Numbered from the stretch's first letter, positions 52,499 to 63,669 are shown. The stretch is 64,000 bases of DNA from Microcoleus sp. (GCA_052279835.1 CP181291.1:4800001-4864000), one strand, 5' to 3'. The notes: generated by a model from the sequence alone, not told the origin. Program-made: numbers and translations.

Positions 52499-53028
52499 AG
52501 CACAAAATCCGTGAAACTTCGATCTTTTTCCGAAATCACGCGCTGAGATATCTCCGGCCAATCAATACTAAAACTCGGATCGTCCCACCGCACTCCCCTT
52601 GCTAATTCAGCATAATAAAATTCCGACATCTGGTAAAAAACTTCCGTATTATCTGCCAAAGTTTGACAGCCGTGAGCCATACCTTCAGGAATATATATCA
52701 TCTTGCGATTTTCCGAGTTTAGCTCTATTGCAAACCAGTCTTTAAAAGTAGGAGAATCGGGACGCAAATCTATAATTACATCATAAATTCCCCCTTTGAT
52801 ACATCTAACCAACTTCGCTTCCTCGTGAGGTGTAGCCTGGTAGTGCATCCCCCGCAAAGTACCTTTCTTCAGGTTAAAAGAAATATTGCACTGGACTAGG
52901 TTAGGATTCAAGCCAAACTCTGTAAACTCCTTTTGACACCAACTGCGGGCAAAAAATCCCCTCTCATCTGCTAAGGGCTCTACCTCAATAACATAAGCTC
53001 CCTTAAGCTTGGTTTCAGTAAATTTCAC
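52495..53028 (-). CDS. rfbC: NDP-4-keto-6-deoxyhexose 3,5-epimerase
   Basis: DERGFFAR, GTLRGMHYQ, YIPEGMAHG. Confidence 0.92.
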   Translation of the reverse strand: MKFTETKLKGAYVIEVEPLADERGFFARSWCQKEFTEFGLNPNLVQCNISFNLKKGTLRGMHYQATPHEEAKLVRCIKGGIYDVIIDLRPDSPTFKDWFAIELNSENRKMIYIPEGMAHGCQTLADNTEVFYQMSEFYYAELARGVRWDDPSFSIDWPEISQRVISEKDRSFTDFVL

Positions 53029-54254
53029 GAGATTACCTCCACGTGAGGAATCAGCACGACAAACTTACCTCCCCACTCGCGGATATAATCCATCTGACTT
53101 ACTATCTCATCCTTGATATTCCAAGGCAAGATAGCCAAATAATCCGGTTTAGTCTCCCGAATTTTGTCTGGATGATATATCGGAATTTGAGTTCCCGGCA
53201 AAAACAAACCCTGCTTGTGCGGGCTTAAATCCACCGTATAATCAATCAAATCCGTGCGGATACCGCAATAGTTCAGCAGCGTATTAGCCTTCGCCGGTGC
53301 TCCATAGCCCGCAATGGATTTGCCCTGATTTTTGGCATCAATTAGGAAACTGAGCATTTGACGTTTAGTAGACTTAACCTGTTGGCCAAATCCTACATAA
53401 ATTTCAAGTTGGTTGAGCCCTGCTTGAATTTCTTTTGCTTTTAATTCCGTGACTTTATCGCTAATTGTTCCATCGACCTGACTATGCCTCCCGTAAATCC
53501 GCAGAGAACCGCCGTGGGTAGGTATTTCCTCCACATCAAACAAAGTTAAACCGTGACGAGCAAAAACTTGCTCAACTGTCAACAGCGAAAAATAAGAAAA
53601 ATGCTCGTGGTAAATCGTGTCAAATAAGTTGTATTGAATTAGTTGCAATACATGAGGAAACTCCATTGTCAAGACGCCATTGGGTTTCAGGATAATTTTC
53701 ATCCCCGCCACAAAATCGTTCAAGTCAGGTACATGAGCCAACACATTATTGCCCAGCAACAAATCTGCCTGCTTCCCTTCTGAAACCAACTCTTTAGCCG
53801 TTGCTACACCAAAAAAATTGACTAAAGTTGGAATCCCTTTTTCCTGGGCCACCTTAGCTACATTTGCAGCAGGTTCAATCCCCAATACGGGAATTCCTTG
53901 TTGCTGAAAATACTGGAGTAAGTAGCCATCATTGCTAGCGAGTTCAATTACCTGACTGTTTTCGTCAAATCCAAATCTTTCCACCATCAACTCTGTGTAT
54001 TTCTGAGCGTGTCGCAACCAAGAGTCTGAATAAGAAGAAAAATAAGCATAGTCGCTGAAGATGCTATCCGGGGATTCAAACTCTTCTAACTGGACTAAAA
54101 AACAATTGCCGCAGACATAAGTATGCAGCGGATAAAATTTTTCTGCACAATTCAGATGTTCTTTAGCAACAAAAGCATTCGCCAGTGGCGACATCCCTAG
54201 ATTTACAAAAGTATGCTCTAATCGGTGACTACAAAAACGACATTTAGATGGCAC
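53025..54254 (-). CDS. NDP-hexose 3-C-methyltransferase-like protein
   Basis: CRFC..CGNC, ELASNDG, YHEHFSYFS, HGGSLR, YGAPAKANTLLNYC; GTG start with a G-rich SD. Confidence 0.88.
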   Translation of the reverse strand: MPSKCRFCSHRLEHTFVNLGMSPLANAFVAKEHLNCAEKFYPLHTYVCGNCFLVQLEEFESPDSIFSDYAYFSSYSDSWLRHAQKYTELMVERFGFDENSQVIELASNDGYLLQYFQQQGIPVLGIEPAANVAKVAQEKGIPTLVNFFGVATAKELVSEGKQADLLLGNNVLAHVPDLNDFVAGMKIILKPNGVLTMEFPHVLQLIQYNLFDTIYHEHFSYFSLLTVEQVFARHGLTLFDVEEIPTHGGSLRIYGRHSQVDGTISDKVTELKAKEIQAGLNQLEIYVGFGQQVKSTKRQMLSFLIDAKNQGKSIAGYGAPAKANTLLNYCGIRTDLIDYTVDLSPHKQGLFLPGTQIPIYHPDKIRETKPDYLAILPWNIKDEIVSQMDYIREWGGKFVVLIPHVEVIS

Positions 54255-54300
54255 AGAATTAGCCCCCCTTTTTTGAATTTTTAGTTTTGAGTACCATCTA

Positions 54301-55299
54301 TCATGCGTTGATGACACAGGTATCTTCATTCATCAAAAAGTTTTCATACCACTCTATTGTTTCTTTCAAGCCTTCTTCGAGAGGATATTGAGATTCCCAA
54401 CCGAGCATTTTTCGCGCCTTATCTGCTGATAGATACTGATGTTTGATTTCATTTTTTGCCCGATTCAATACCACTGGCTCTAAATGAGTTTTACCCATCA
54501 ATTTCAAAACTATATCTACCATGCCCCGCACAGAAATTTGCAGTTCATTGCTGAAATTAAATGCCTCTCCCAAAATTTCTTTTCTGTCCATTTGCTCAGC
54601 CAAATGGAGATAAGCTAAAACTCCATCCTTCGCATAGAAATAGTCCCGAATAAAAGTACCATCGCTGCGGATGACTACCGGCTTGTCTCGCAATGCGGAT
54701 CGAATTGTAGATGGAACAATGCGATTAAAGTTCAAGTCTCCGCCCCCGTAAAAGTTACCGCAGCGCGTAATGCACACGGGCAAACCATAACTGACGTAAT
54801 AAGCCCGACTGATTAAATCTGCACAGCTTTTAGAAACATCATAAGGATGTTCTCCTTGCAGCGAAGTAGTTTCGCTATAAGGCAGCACTAGCTGGTCTCC
54901 ATAGGCTTTATCGCTGGATGCTATGACAATTCGACTCACGCCACCTACGCGACGACAAGCTTCTAAAATATTCCAAGTACCTTTAATATTTGTTTCAAAA
55001 GTTGCCAGTGGTTCTCTATTTGCAACTCCCACAATTGTCTGAGCTGCTAAGTGAAAAACTGTATCTATTTCATACTCATTAATCGAGCGTTCTACCGTTG
55101 GCAAATCTTCGACACAACCGCGAACGATATTAATTTGCCGATACCACTCTCCAGCATAAAGTCGGGATTGTGGCACCAAGTCACGGACTAATCCCGTTAC
55201 CAAAGCCCCTCTTTCCAGCAACTCAGCCACTAACCAGTTACCCAAAAGGCCGGTGCAACCTGTTACCAATACCGATCGATCGCGCCAAAATTCACTCAT
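54301..55299 (-). CDS. rfbG: CDP-glucose 4,6-dehydratase-like SDR
   Basis: [37 protein letters not shown]-coupled to rfbF. Confidence 0.8.
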   Translation of the reverse strand: MSEFWRDRSVLVTGCTGLLGNWLVAELLERGALVTGLVRDLVPQSRLYAGEWYRQINIVRGCVEDLPTVERSINEYEIDTVFHLAAQTIVGVANREPLATFETNIKGTWNILEACRRVGGVSRIVIASSDKAYGDQLVLPYSETTSLQGEHPYDVSKSCADLISRAYYVSYGLPVCITRCGNFYGGGDLNFNRIVPSTIRSALRDKPVVIRSDGTFIRDYFYAKDGVLAYLHLAEQMDRKEILGEAFNFSNELQISVRGMVDIVLKLMGKTHLEPVVLNRAKNEIKHQYLSADKARKMLGWESQYPLEEGLKETIEWYENFLMNEDTCVINA

Positions 55300-56072
55300 T
55301 CCCACACCTTCCAAGGAGCCTCTCCATTGTCCCACAGTTCATTCAAATACTTATACTCGCGGTAAGTATCCATCGCAAAAAAGAAACCCTCGTGGCGGTA
55401 AGCCATCAATTGTCCCTCCGCCGCTAACTTCTCTAGTGGCTCTCGTTCTAGAAAACAATCATCCCCGCTCAAAGCCTCAAATATGCTCCGGTGAAGTACC
55501 AAAAATCCAGCACTAGCCCAACCATCTATTTGAGGTTTTTCTGTAAATTCCAGAACTTTCCCTTGGTTGTCCACATCTAAAATACCATATCTCGATATCG
55601 GGCGAACTGTACTAACAGTTGCCAGCTTACCATGAGACTTATGAAAATCTACCAAAGCTCCAATATCGATATCAGCAACTCCATCACCGTAAGTCACCAT
55701 AAAGGTATCCTCAGTAATGTATTTCTCCACCCGTTTCACCCGTCCCCCAGTCATGCTATCTGGTCCGGTTTCCGCCAGTGTCACCTGAAAATCTTGCTCG
55801 CGGTGTTCCTCGTGATAAGTAATCTGATTTTGGCGACCAAGACAAATAGTAAAATCATTATTCATAGCTTCATAATTCAGGAAATACTCCTTAATCATGT
55901 TGCCTTTGTAGCCCAAACACACAATAAAATCCAGGAATCCGTAGTGGGCATAGGTCTTCATAATGTGCCAAAGAATCGGTCGGCCGCCCACATCAACTAA
56001 GGGCTTAGGACGAAATTCTGTTTCTTCTCGGAGACGTGTCCCCAAACCGCCTGCTAATATAACTACTTGCAT
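55296..56072 (-). CDS. rfbF: Glucose-1-phosphate cytidylyltransferase
   Basis: [46 protein letters not shown]. Confidence 0.95.
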   Translation of the reverse strand: MQVVILAGGLGTRLREETEFRPKPLVDVGGRPILWHIMKTYAHYGFLDFIVCLGYKGNMIKEYFLNYEAMNNDFTICLGRQNQITYHEEHREQDFQVTLAETGPDSMTGGRVKRVEKYITEDTFMVTYGDGVADIDIGALVDFHKSHGKLATVSTVRPISRYGILDVDNQGKVLEFTEKPQIDGWASAGFLVLHRSIFEALSGDDCFLEREPLEKLAAEGQLMAYRHEGFFFAMDTYREYKYLNELWDNGEAPWKVWE

Positions 56073-56102
56073 TGTTTCACAGTTTTAAACGTCATCAACT
56101 CT

Positions 56103-56345
56103 CTAGTTACAACAGTGGAATCCTGGGAACCTAACTGGTTCAACAAATTCGCTTTCATATATACGATCGATGACATAACTTAAATTAGGTATATCAGCCG
56201 GAATCCCGTCCTTCATCTTGTCATAATCCCGATCGCAACTAATCACACCTTGGTTAGTATAAGCGATCCACTGACCCCGATATTTCTTCAACTCTCGGCG
56301 ATTCGCCTTATACCACTCCTTAGCTGTCGCATATTCCGCCTCCAT
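56103..56345 (-). CDS. Stand-alone or truncated DUF5678-like protein (paralogue of the 43701-44309 N-domain)
   Basis: MEAEYATAKEWYKANRRELKKYRGQWIAYTNQGVIS...ESEFVEPVRF, then diverges and stops. Confidence 0.7.
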   Translation of the reverse strand: MEAEYATAKEWYKANRRELKKYRGQWIAYTNQGVISCDRDYDKMKDGIPADIPNLSYVIDRIYESEFVEPVRFPGFHCCN

Positions 56346-56602
56346 ATTTTCACCCCATATTGTCTCAAACTCCTCGACGATCGCCCGAAACCCCACCCAG
56401 CCGAATTGCTAAAACCCCCATTCGCCCTAGGACAACGCACTTCGAGAATGATTTCCCAAAAGGCTACCACAATTTGGAGTAAGTTTTGCCCGATCGCCCC
56501 CAAGGAACTCAAGCCATCACCACCCACGAACATACCAGACCGCAGCCCCTCTCAGGATGTTCCCACAGAACCGGTATCAACAGACTCCCGATGTATCGCG
56601 CA

Positions 56603-58756
56603 TCAAGAGCCTGTTTGCCTCAGTCCCAAATTATAATACTTTTGCAAGAAAGAGCGTCCCATCCGGCTATTGAAAGCACTCGGCCCATAAGGTGTTGGCA
56701 GAGAGTTGAACTGCTGTTGTAAAATTTCGTCTTCTTCTGTGTACTGAAATTTTCCTTCTAGTCGATCGAGCATTTCCAGTACCAAGTCATTAATCTCCTC
56801 TGGCGTATTATCCACCACTTTAATGCCCCAGGAGTAAAGAAGTTTGCTGTTGAGGTTGAAAAAGAAGCGAGGCGCTAGTGCTTCTTCAAAGGTGAGATAG
56901 CGATTTTCAACTTCAGACCAAGCTAGTTTGGGGATGAATAGATCGTGACTTTGCACTGAACGTGCTGAAATTGGCCACATATTTGTTAGAGCACAGGGAG
57001 TTCCAAAAAGACATGGAATACAATTTAATCCTGAATTAGTTCCGAGAAAAAATCGGCAAGAAGTACCCAGAAAAACATCCATCCAATCGCTTTTTGCCTT
57101 AGTGTGAGCATAGTCAATGACGTGTGACATAGATGGTAAGGGTTTCATACTTGGATCTCCCATGCGGATGATCCAGCCACCACGGGCTACAATCAATTTT
57201 ACCGCTAATAAGTAAGTATTAATATCAGCACTCCGGTGTGTAATCAGTCCTTCTGCTCGAAAGCCATCTTCTCGAACGTGGAGACACACAAACCAGGCAT
57301 TTTTAGGCACTCCGAGGTCTTGCAAGCAGTTCCAGCCTTGTTCATAATCTGATGGTGATAGGGTGAGCAGCGGCGGGTTTCCCTCTCTTTCCCACTGTTT
57401 CTGAACTGCTGAGAAGGCGTAACCGACATCTACTATCTGTCCTTGGGCAATTTTTACGTGGAAAAGGGTATATTCCAAGCAGCGCATAGTCTTTGCTAAT
57501 GGCAGCAAGCGCTCAATCAGAGAAGCGTCGGTGATAATGTGGAGATAGCGCCGCCAGTAGTTGAGCAAACAGGGATTGATAACTTGTTCGGGAGGTGCTA
57601 AAAGAATTGTGTGGTATGGAGGTCGCCAGCCGAGAATACCCATCTTAATATAAATATCTATATTGAGAGCTAGGTGGCCGATCGCACCTAACCAGGGCCA
57701 GCTTGTGAAATATTCCGGCGTTATGAAGCGGATACCCAAATTGCCGAGGGGATGCTTTTCAAGCTGGGAGTTATATATGTCGATCGCACTTTCTGTAGAG
57801 TTGATTGATTCGTGTAATTTGCCAACATCGTAAAAATTCCAGCTCATTTTCATGTGAGCTTCTGTTAGTTTGAGGTATGCTGATGTCCAATTCGGTTTTA
57901 TGGCGATCGCTCTTTCGTAAATCTCAATTGCTTCTTCTAGCTTGCCTTGCTGTATTTGTAAATTTCCGAGGTTGAAAAGTGCCTCTTGCTCTAAAGATGG
58001 TGTGTTTTGTTTTTGCTTGCCCTCATCTATTTCAGCTTGTTCTATCAGTAAGTTGACAAGGTTGATATGTGCTTCTTCTAAGTCAAAGTTGAGGGCGATC
58101 GCTTTTTTATAGCTTTCAATTGCCTCTATTAGCCTGTTTTGCTGTGTTAAGAGTTTCCCCGATCGGCAGTGAAGTTCAGCACTTTCTGGAGTCTGGTTAA
58201 TGGCTTTGCGGGTTTTGGTGATCGCAAATTTAAGCTGCCGTTGTTTGGTCAGGGTTTCTGCTAAATTGCCGTAGTCATAGTTAACTGATGGATTGAGCTT
58301 AATAGCCTGAGTGTAAAAATTTTCGGCTTCATCCCACCGCTGCTGTTTGACCAAGGACTCCGCAGCTTGACAGTAGAAGGTGGCGGCTTCGGGGCGACGA
58401 CCCTGTTTGCAGAAGACTTCCCCTAAATTAAGGTAAAATCTATAAAAATCCGGGGAAATCTCAATAGCGTGAAGATAGGAGGCGATCGCATCATCCCACC
58501 GGCACAGTTTTGCCAAAGCTTCCCCTAAATTGTAATAAGACCAAACTGAATTAGGGTTTAGTTGAATAGCGCGATCGTAGGAAGTAACTGCTTCCTCCCA
58601 GCGATCGAGTTTAGCTAATGTTTCCCCCAAATTGTGGTGAGACAAGTAAAAGTTGGGGTTTTGCTCGATCGCTTGGCGGTAAGAGGCGATCGCCTCCTCT
58701 AATTTCCCTTCCTGTTTAAGTTTGTTGGCTGCCTGAAAATAGCTTGCTGTCATCAC
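56603..58756 (-). CDS. TPR plus TIGR04372-like putative glycosyltransferase
   Basis: N-terminal TPRs; AIGHLA, FVCLHVRE, RSADINTY, GGWIIRMGD, FFLGTNSG, DNTPEEI. Confidence 0.8.
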   Translation of the reverse strand: MMTASYFQAANKLKQEGKLEEAIASYRQAIEQNPNFYLSHHNLGETLAKLDRWEEAVTSYDRAIQLNPNSVWSYYNLGEALAKLCRWDDAIASYLHAIEISPDFYRFYLNLGEVFCKQGRRPEAATFYCQAAESLVKQQRWDEAENFYTQAIKLNPSVNYDYGNLAETLTKQRQLKFAITKTRKAINQTPESAELHCRSGKLLTQQNRLIEAIESYKKAIALNFDLEEAHINLVNLLIEQAEIDEGKQKQNTPSLEQEALFNLGNLQIQQGKLEEAIEIYERAIAIKPNWTSAYLKLTEAHMKMSWNFYDVGKLHESINSTESAIDIYNSQLEKHPLGNLGIRFITPEYFTSWPWLGAIGHLALNIDIYIKMGILGWRPPYHTILLAPPEQVINPCLLNYWRRYLHIITDASLIERLLPLAKTMRCLEYTLFHVKIAQGQIVDVGYAFSAVQKQWEREGNPPLLTLSPSDYEQGWNCLQDLGVPKNAWFVCLHVREDGFRAEGLITHRSADINTYLLAVKLIVARGGWIIRMGDPSMKPLPSMSHVIDYAHTKAKSDWMDVFLGTSCRFFLGTNSGLNCIPCLFGTPCALTNMWPISARSVQSHDLFIPKLAWSEVENRYLTFEEALAPRFFFNLNSKLLYSWGIKVVDNTPEEINDLVLEMLDRLEGKFQYTEEDEILQQQFNSLPTPYGPSAFNSRMGRSFLQKYYNLGLRQTGS

Positions 58757-59375
58757 TTACCGAACTATCAATTTCTGTTGCTGGTAACGAACCTTTCATC
58801 AACCCATCTAGAATACAATGACAGATGCACAAATGGGTAATTTCTGCAAATCCATAGGCCATTGTGGGGACAAAAAAGTTAATGTCTCCCAGTTTGCGCA
58901 GGGGATTATCTGGCTTAAAAGCTGAAAGGGTGATGACATAGCAGCCCATTTGAGCTGCTTGACGAGCACCTGCTAGGATATTAGCCGACTTTCCAGAACT
59001 GCTAATGGCAAATACGATATCTCCCGATTGGGCAAAGGTGGCAATGGGTTTGCTGAAAACTTGTTCGTAGCCGAAGTCGTTGCTGATGCAAGTCAGGAGA
59101 GCACCGTCATTAAAGGCGATCGCCGGAAAGCCTCCATTTCGCCAGTAATCGATCGCCTGGTGACTAGCTACGGCTGCACTTCCACCATTGCCAATAAAAA
59201 TTACTTTTTTTTGCTGTTGGCTTTGTTGAGATACCAAAGCTGCCGCCTGACTAATTGCTTCGGAAAAGGAAATAGGCTGAGATTTTTTGTCAGTCGCTTC
59301 AAAGTTTTCGCTTAAATTTGCAAGTTGGCGGAAGTAATCGGTGGCAAAGGGGAGTTGTGAGGGAAAGGTTTGCAT
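58716..59375 (-). CDS. SIS-domain phosphosugar isomerase (GmhA-like)
   Basis: FIGNGGSAAVASH, TCISNDFGYEQVF, AISSSGKSANI. Confidence 0.85.
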   Translation of the reverse strand: MQTFPSQLPFATDYFRQLANLSENFEATDKKSQPISFSEAISQAAALVSQQSQQQKKVIFIGNGGSAAVASHQAIDYWRNGGFPAIAFNDGALLTCISNDFGYEQVFSKPIATFAQSGDIVFAISSSGKSANILAGARQAAQMGCYVITLSAFKPDNPLRKLGDINFFVPTMAYGFAEITHLCICHCILDGLMKGSLPATEIDSSVSDDSKLFSGSQQT

Positions 59376-59399
59376 TTAATTTTTCAGCTTTGGTATTAG

Positions 59400-59885
59400 T
59401 TAATGAGTTATGCCCCAAGTTAAATTTTTAGTGCTGAATTCTTGCCAAGCTGCGGTTAGTTCATCAGAGGCGATCGCCTCGACAACTTGTGGCAGCATCC
59501 GCGGAATTTTAGGCACTAACAGCACTTGAGTCAATTCCTCAAATGTAAATAGTTGGAAGGCTTGCCCCTCCGTTAAGGTTAATTGGCTAGTCGGTATTGT
59601 TAACGGAATACCAAAAATATAGGTGGTGCAAGGTCGATCGGGTGCTTCCCAAGTCAGCAGGTATTTGGGTTCGGGCGGTATCCAGCAAAGTTCTTCTTCG
59701 ATTTCTCGCTTCATAGCTTGGGCTGGAGTTTCTCCTTCATCAACTGTACCACCGAACAGTCCCCAATGATTCGGGGCTATAATCTCAGGTATGTTGTCTC
59801 GCAGTTGCAGTAACAGGCGATCGCCCTGATAAATAAATGCTTTTGCAACTTGCAGATTAACTCGATCGGCGGTGTTTTGAACCAT
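59400..59885 (-). CDS. NUDIX hydrolase
   Basis: GGTVDEGETPAQAMKREIEEEL Nudix box. Confidence 0.88.
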   Translation of the reverse strand: MVQNTADRVNLQVAKAFIYQGDRLLLQLRDNIPEIIAPNHWGLFGGTVDEGETPAQAMKREIEEELCWIPPEPKYLLTWEAPDRPCTTYIFGIPLTIPTSQLTLTEGQAFQLFTFEELTQVLLVPKIPRMLPQVVEAIASDELTAAWQEFSTKNLTWGITH

Positions 59886-59889
59886 AAGT

Positions 59890-60885
59890 TTAGGTTTTTC
59901 CCAAATAGTCAAACCATGCTTTTGTGGCTTCCTGAATTGAATCAGGCGTCCAGACTGGTGCTTCTCGCCACAGGTTGATGTTTGCCAACATCTGGGCTAC
60001 TCCTTCTGGGAAAGGAACTTTTGGTTCCCATCCCAAGAGAGTTTTAGCTTTGGTGATGTCTCCCCAAGTGCAGTCTGGCTCTCCGGGACGTTTGGGGATG
60101 TGGACGATAGGGCCTCCCAATAGTTCCACGAGGGTGAGGACACTTTGAGGATTGCCGGAGCCAATGTTGATAATTTCGCCCGTTACATCCGACGCTGCTG
60201 CGGTGACAAAGGCTTCTACGACATCGCTGACAAAGGTGAAGTCTCTGGTTTGGGTGCCGTCTCCCACGAGGGTGAAGGGTTTTCCTGCTAATTTTTGAGC
60301 TAAAAACACGCCGAAGACGGCGCCGTAGGCTCCTGTAGTCCGCGATCGCGGCCCATAGACGTTAAACAGTCGCAGGGAAAGGGCCGGGAGTTTGTAAACT
60401 TTGGCCCAGTGCATGACCATTTGCTCGCCTAAATACTTAGTTAAGCCATAGGGGTGTTCGGGAACACAGGGATAGGTTTCGGGTGTGGGATATTGGTCTG
60501 GGATGCCGTAGCAGGTGGAGGATGCGGTGTAGACGAAGCGCTGGATTTGAGCGTGGCGGCAAGCATCTAGCAGGCTAAAAGTGCCTTGAACGTTGGAGTG
60601 GTAGTATTGGCTGGGATTTTCGATCGACGGTACCAAGTCGGCGAGCCCTGCTAGGTGAAATACCCAGTCAATTCCTTCTAGGGTAGCGGGGGTGATGCTG
60701 GCTGCGTCTTGCTCGATAAACGTAAATGTGTTGTGGGTTTTGGCTTGTTCTAGGTTGGCGAGGCGACCTACAATCAGGCTATCTAGACCTGTGACGGTGT
60801 GGCCGAGGGAAAGCAGGCGATCGCACAAGTGGCTGCCGATGAAGCCGGCGGCCCCTGTTACTAAGCAGTGTTTAGAATTAGTCAA
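59890..60885 (-). CDS. NAD-dependent epimerase/dehydratase (extended SDR)
   Basis: VTGAAGFIG, PYGLTK, FNVYGPR, GDGTQTRDF. Confidence 0.9.
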   Translation of the reverse strand: MTNSKHCLVTGAAGFIGSHLCDRLLSLGHTVTGLDSLIVGRLANLEQAKTHNTFTFIEQDAASITPATLEGIDWVFHLAGLADLVPSIENPSQYYHSNVQGTFSLLDACRHAQIQRFVYTASSTCYGIPDQYPTPETYPCVPEHPYGLTKYLGEQMVMHWAKVYKLPALSLRLFNVYGPRSRTTGAYGAVFGVFLAQKLAGKPFTLVGDGTQTRDFTFVSDVVEAFVTAAASDVTGEIINIGSGNPQSVLTLVELLGGPIVHIPKRPGEPDCTWGDITKAKTLLGWEPKVPFPEGVAQMLANINLWREAPVWTPDSIQEATKAWFDYLGKT

Positions 60886-62039
60886 TGGCTATCTCCTTTC
60901 AAGTAAGGTTGACTCAAAATAAAATTGCTAGATTGAGAAGTAAAATATTCCTTTTGCATTTTTTTGCTGATATTCTTACCCGTATCATGAGTAAAAGGCA
61001 TTAAAATGTCAATCCCCGGTGGCATATCTTGAGGTTTAACAATGGGAATGCAGCCAATGTTTTTGCCCTCCCTTTGGCTGTCTTCATCAATGAAACAACT
61101 TGGCGGATTTGACAGTTGACTTGATACCCAAATTCCTGATATTCCAGTACCAAAAATAGCATACTTCCGATTCTGGGTTGCTCTTTCAAACTCTTCTACT
61201 GTTTGTTTGAGCCAGTAAAAGTAGCCATCGGGTGTAAAACTTGAATCTGGCAAGGATTGTTTGGGGAGGGAGCCATCATCGCGCTTCAGTAGTAGAGTCA
61301 AGCAATTGTGTACCCAATCATAGCCATCTAATTCTATCTGATAGCCCGTTTCCTGACAAAGCTTGATTAAGGCAGAATTAGTAAAATGTGACCAATGATC
61401 GATCACAGCAAAATCAAAGGGAGTGCGATGAATATCTGGAACTTGTATGAGTAAAAAGCCCTCTTCAGTCAGGTACTTCCTTAACAGTTTGAGAAATTGA
61501 GCAGGTTCTGGGATATGCTCCAAACAATGCCACAAAACAATTAGGTTAAATTTTTCTCGTGGAACATTCTCCAAGGTTTCCGAAAAAAAATCAACTACTC
61601 CAGGAATTGCTAAAATTTCTTCTTTTGATTTGTCTCCCAAGTCAAAGGCAAATAACTGCCATTTATCCAAAAGTTGACTAGCGGACTTCAAAATAGCGCC
61701 ATTCCCGGTACCGATATCGAGTAGGTTTCCCGATTTTGGCAACAACGAAATACATTGGTCTATCGCATGATAACTTCGGGCGCGCGGTGGGCTATCTTTG
61801 GGGAAAACAAGTTGTTCTTTTCCGCTTGAAACTTTGTAGGTTTCATAATTTTGATAAAGAGAGTTAATGAATGAAAGTTCTCTCTCTGTATGAGCTTTTT
61901 GCAGGTGGTGGCAGTTTTGACAGTAATAGATTTTGGCTGGTAGAGAACACAAGTCTGGTTCCGATGTTACCGAAGCTGGCTTAAGACCAATATCTCCCAA
62001 TTCTGTTACCCGATCGGACCTGCAAAGATTGCACTTCAT
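60882..62039 (-). CDS. Zn-binding class I SAM methyltransferase
   Basis: CNLC..CQNC, LDIGTGNG, WHCLEHI, DHWSHF. Confidence 0.8.
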   Translation of the reverse strand: MKCNLCRSDRVTELGDIGLKPASVTSEPDLCSLPAKIYYCQNCHHLQKAHTERELSFINSLYQNYETYKVSSGKEQLVFPKDSPPRARSYHAIDQCISLLPKSGNLLDIGTGNGAILKSASQLLDKWQLFAFDLGDKSKEEILAIPGVVDFFSETLENVPREKFNLIVLWHCLEHIPEPAQFLKLLRKYLTEEGFLLIQVPDIHRTPFDFAVIDHWSHFTNSALIKLCQETGYQIELDGYDWVHNCLTLLLKRDDGSLPKQSLPDSSFTPDGYFYWLKQTVEEFERATQNRKYAIFGTGISGIWVSSQLSNPPSCFIDEDSQREGKNIGCIPIVKPQDMPPGIDILMPFTHDTGKNISKKMQKEYFTSQSSNFILSQPYLKGDSH

Positions 62040-62064
62040 AAACTTAGCTCTCTACTTCAGTTGT

Positions 62065-62847
62065 CTATTGTTTGATCAAGTAAGCGCCGGGAACATTATT
62101 CCATTCAAATTTCTTGAGTTCAACGTGCTGTCCCTTGAAATATTCTTCTACTGCTTTACTTTCCCCAGACCATTCTAAGATGCCATATTCATCAAATATT
62201 ACAATTCCTCCTGGAACAACTAATGGATATAAATAATCTAAACCTACTTTTGTCGGTTCGTACATATCAATGTCGAAGTGCAATAATGAAATTCGCAAAC
62301 CTGGGTTTTTTGCTACAAATTCGGGAATGGTTGCGGTTACATCTCCCACTACCAGTTCAATGCGTTTTTTCCAGCCCACAAAGCGGTCAGCATCAAATAT
62401 GTCAATTACATCCAGTAATTCTTCATAGAACTTCTCTGGACTAAAACCGCCTTCTACCTTGTGAGACTGTTCGTAGTTAGGCCCGTCTTCAGGGCGTAAA
62501 CCTGTGAATCCTTTAAAATTGTCAAAACCCCAAACTTTCTTAGTGCGATCGCCTATGTTACGCGCTTCCAGAAGATTAGCAAAAGTCATCAAACTCTGAC
62601 CTCTAAAAACCCCTAGCTCTACAATATCGCCCGGTAAATCAATAGTGCGACGAAACAGTTCGTAGTGAGCCAGAAACTTTTTAAGAACAGTACGCCTTGC
62701 GTAAATCGGAAAGCCATTGATAATTTCTATAGGGGAAACTTTGTGTTTAGAAAATAGATCTTCTAAGCGACTTTCAATCTCTTGATCTTTTGTGTATTTT
62801 TTTGTGCCGTCAAATTTTTCTGCTTCACTCACTTTCAGCCACCTCAT
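62065..62847 (-). CDS. TylF/MycF/NovP-family O-methyltransferase
   Basis: PGDIVELGVFRG, GFDNFKG, ISLLHFDIDMYEPT, GGIVIFDEY. Confidence 0.88.
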   Translation of the reverse strand: MRWLKVSEAEKFDGTKKYTKDQEIESRLEDLFSKHKVSPIEIINGFPIYARRTVLKKFLAHYELFRRTIDLPGDIVELGVFRGQSLMTFANLLEARNIGDRTKKVWGFDNFKGFTGLRPEDGPNYEQSHKVEGGFSPEKFYEELLDVIDIFDADRFVGWKKRIELVVGDVTATIPEFVAKNPGLRISLLHFDIDMYEPTKVGLDYLYPLVVPGGIVIFDEYGILEWSGESKAVEEYFKGQHVELKKFEWNNVPGAYLIKQ

Positions 62848-63669
62848 TTAGTTAGTTTTATGGATTTCCCCTGACCAGGGATCGTAAAAAGATTTTGAAC
62901 TTACAGTATTCGTGCTAAAAGCCCTCATGTCAATACTAAATCTGATAATATTATTTGAGGTATTTAGAGCTGATGCGTGAACAATAGTGGGTGTAAAAAA
63001 TAGCACATCCCCTAGTTCCATTTGGGGTGAGTACGCCACGTAGGTTGATTCGTCAAAAAAAGCTCTACTTTCCCAAGCACCGCTGGAACCATGGGTTAAG
63101 TTGCCCAACTCTTGAGTCCCTTCGTAAAATGTCACCCCACCTACTTCCTCTGTGATTGGCGTTAAAGGAACCCAAGCAGTAATAAATCTTTCTATATGGG
63201 TACTATAAGCACTATCTTGATGGGGTGGTACTATAGTTTGGTCGGCACGAGGCACTTTAAATCGGAGCATGGGAGGATAGTGCAAAAAATATCTCGTTTC
63301 GCCGAAAACGTCTGCTACTAATTCTCGCAGACTTAGGGTAGCTAGAAAGTCGCGAATTTCGGCGGACAATCGAGTTTCTAAGTCAAACTCCCCCCTCAAA
63401 AAATGGCGTAAATCTTTTGGGAGTCCCATTGCTTCATACTCGACAATACGATCGCTGTGATACCGATAGCTTTCCACCGATGTTACATCTTTTTCCCCTG
63501 ACCATTCTTGGAAGCGATCGTGCAGCTTGTCAAGCCTTGCCGCTAGGTAATTCTGCATTTGGCGGATAACGGACTGGTCTATAACGTTGTGGCAAACTAG
63601 ATACCCTTGCTGAGATAGAATTTTAGAGTGAGAAGATTGATATTGTTGATGTTGAGCTTTGTCGATCAT
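62848..63669 (-). CDS. PhyH-like Fe(II)/2-oxoglutarate dioxygenase
   Basis: PPHQD, TAWVPL, GDVLFF..IVHAS..N, RFSIDMR. Confidence 0.85.
   Translation of the reverse strand: MIDKAQHQQYQSSHSKILSQQGYLVCHNVIDQSVIRQMQNYLAARLDKLHDRFQEWSGEKDVTSVESYRYHSDRIVEYEAMGLPKDLRHFLRGEFDLETRLSAEIRDFLATLSLRELVADVFGETRYFLHYPPMLRFKVPRADQTIVPPHQDSAYSTHIERFITAWVPLTPITEEVGGVTFYEGTQELGNLTHGSSGAWESRAFFDESTYVAYSPQMELGDVLFFTPTIVHASALNTSNNIIRFSIDMRAFSTNTVSSKSFYDPWSGEIHKTN

Noticed and set aside
584..62444. Many short ORFs antisense to or nested in the called genes
   Set aside because: Shadow frames of well-supported CDSs with no recognisable motifs
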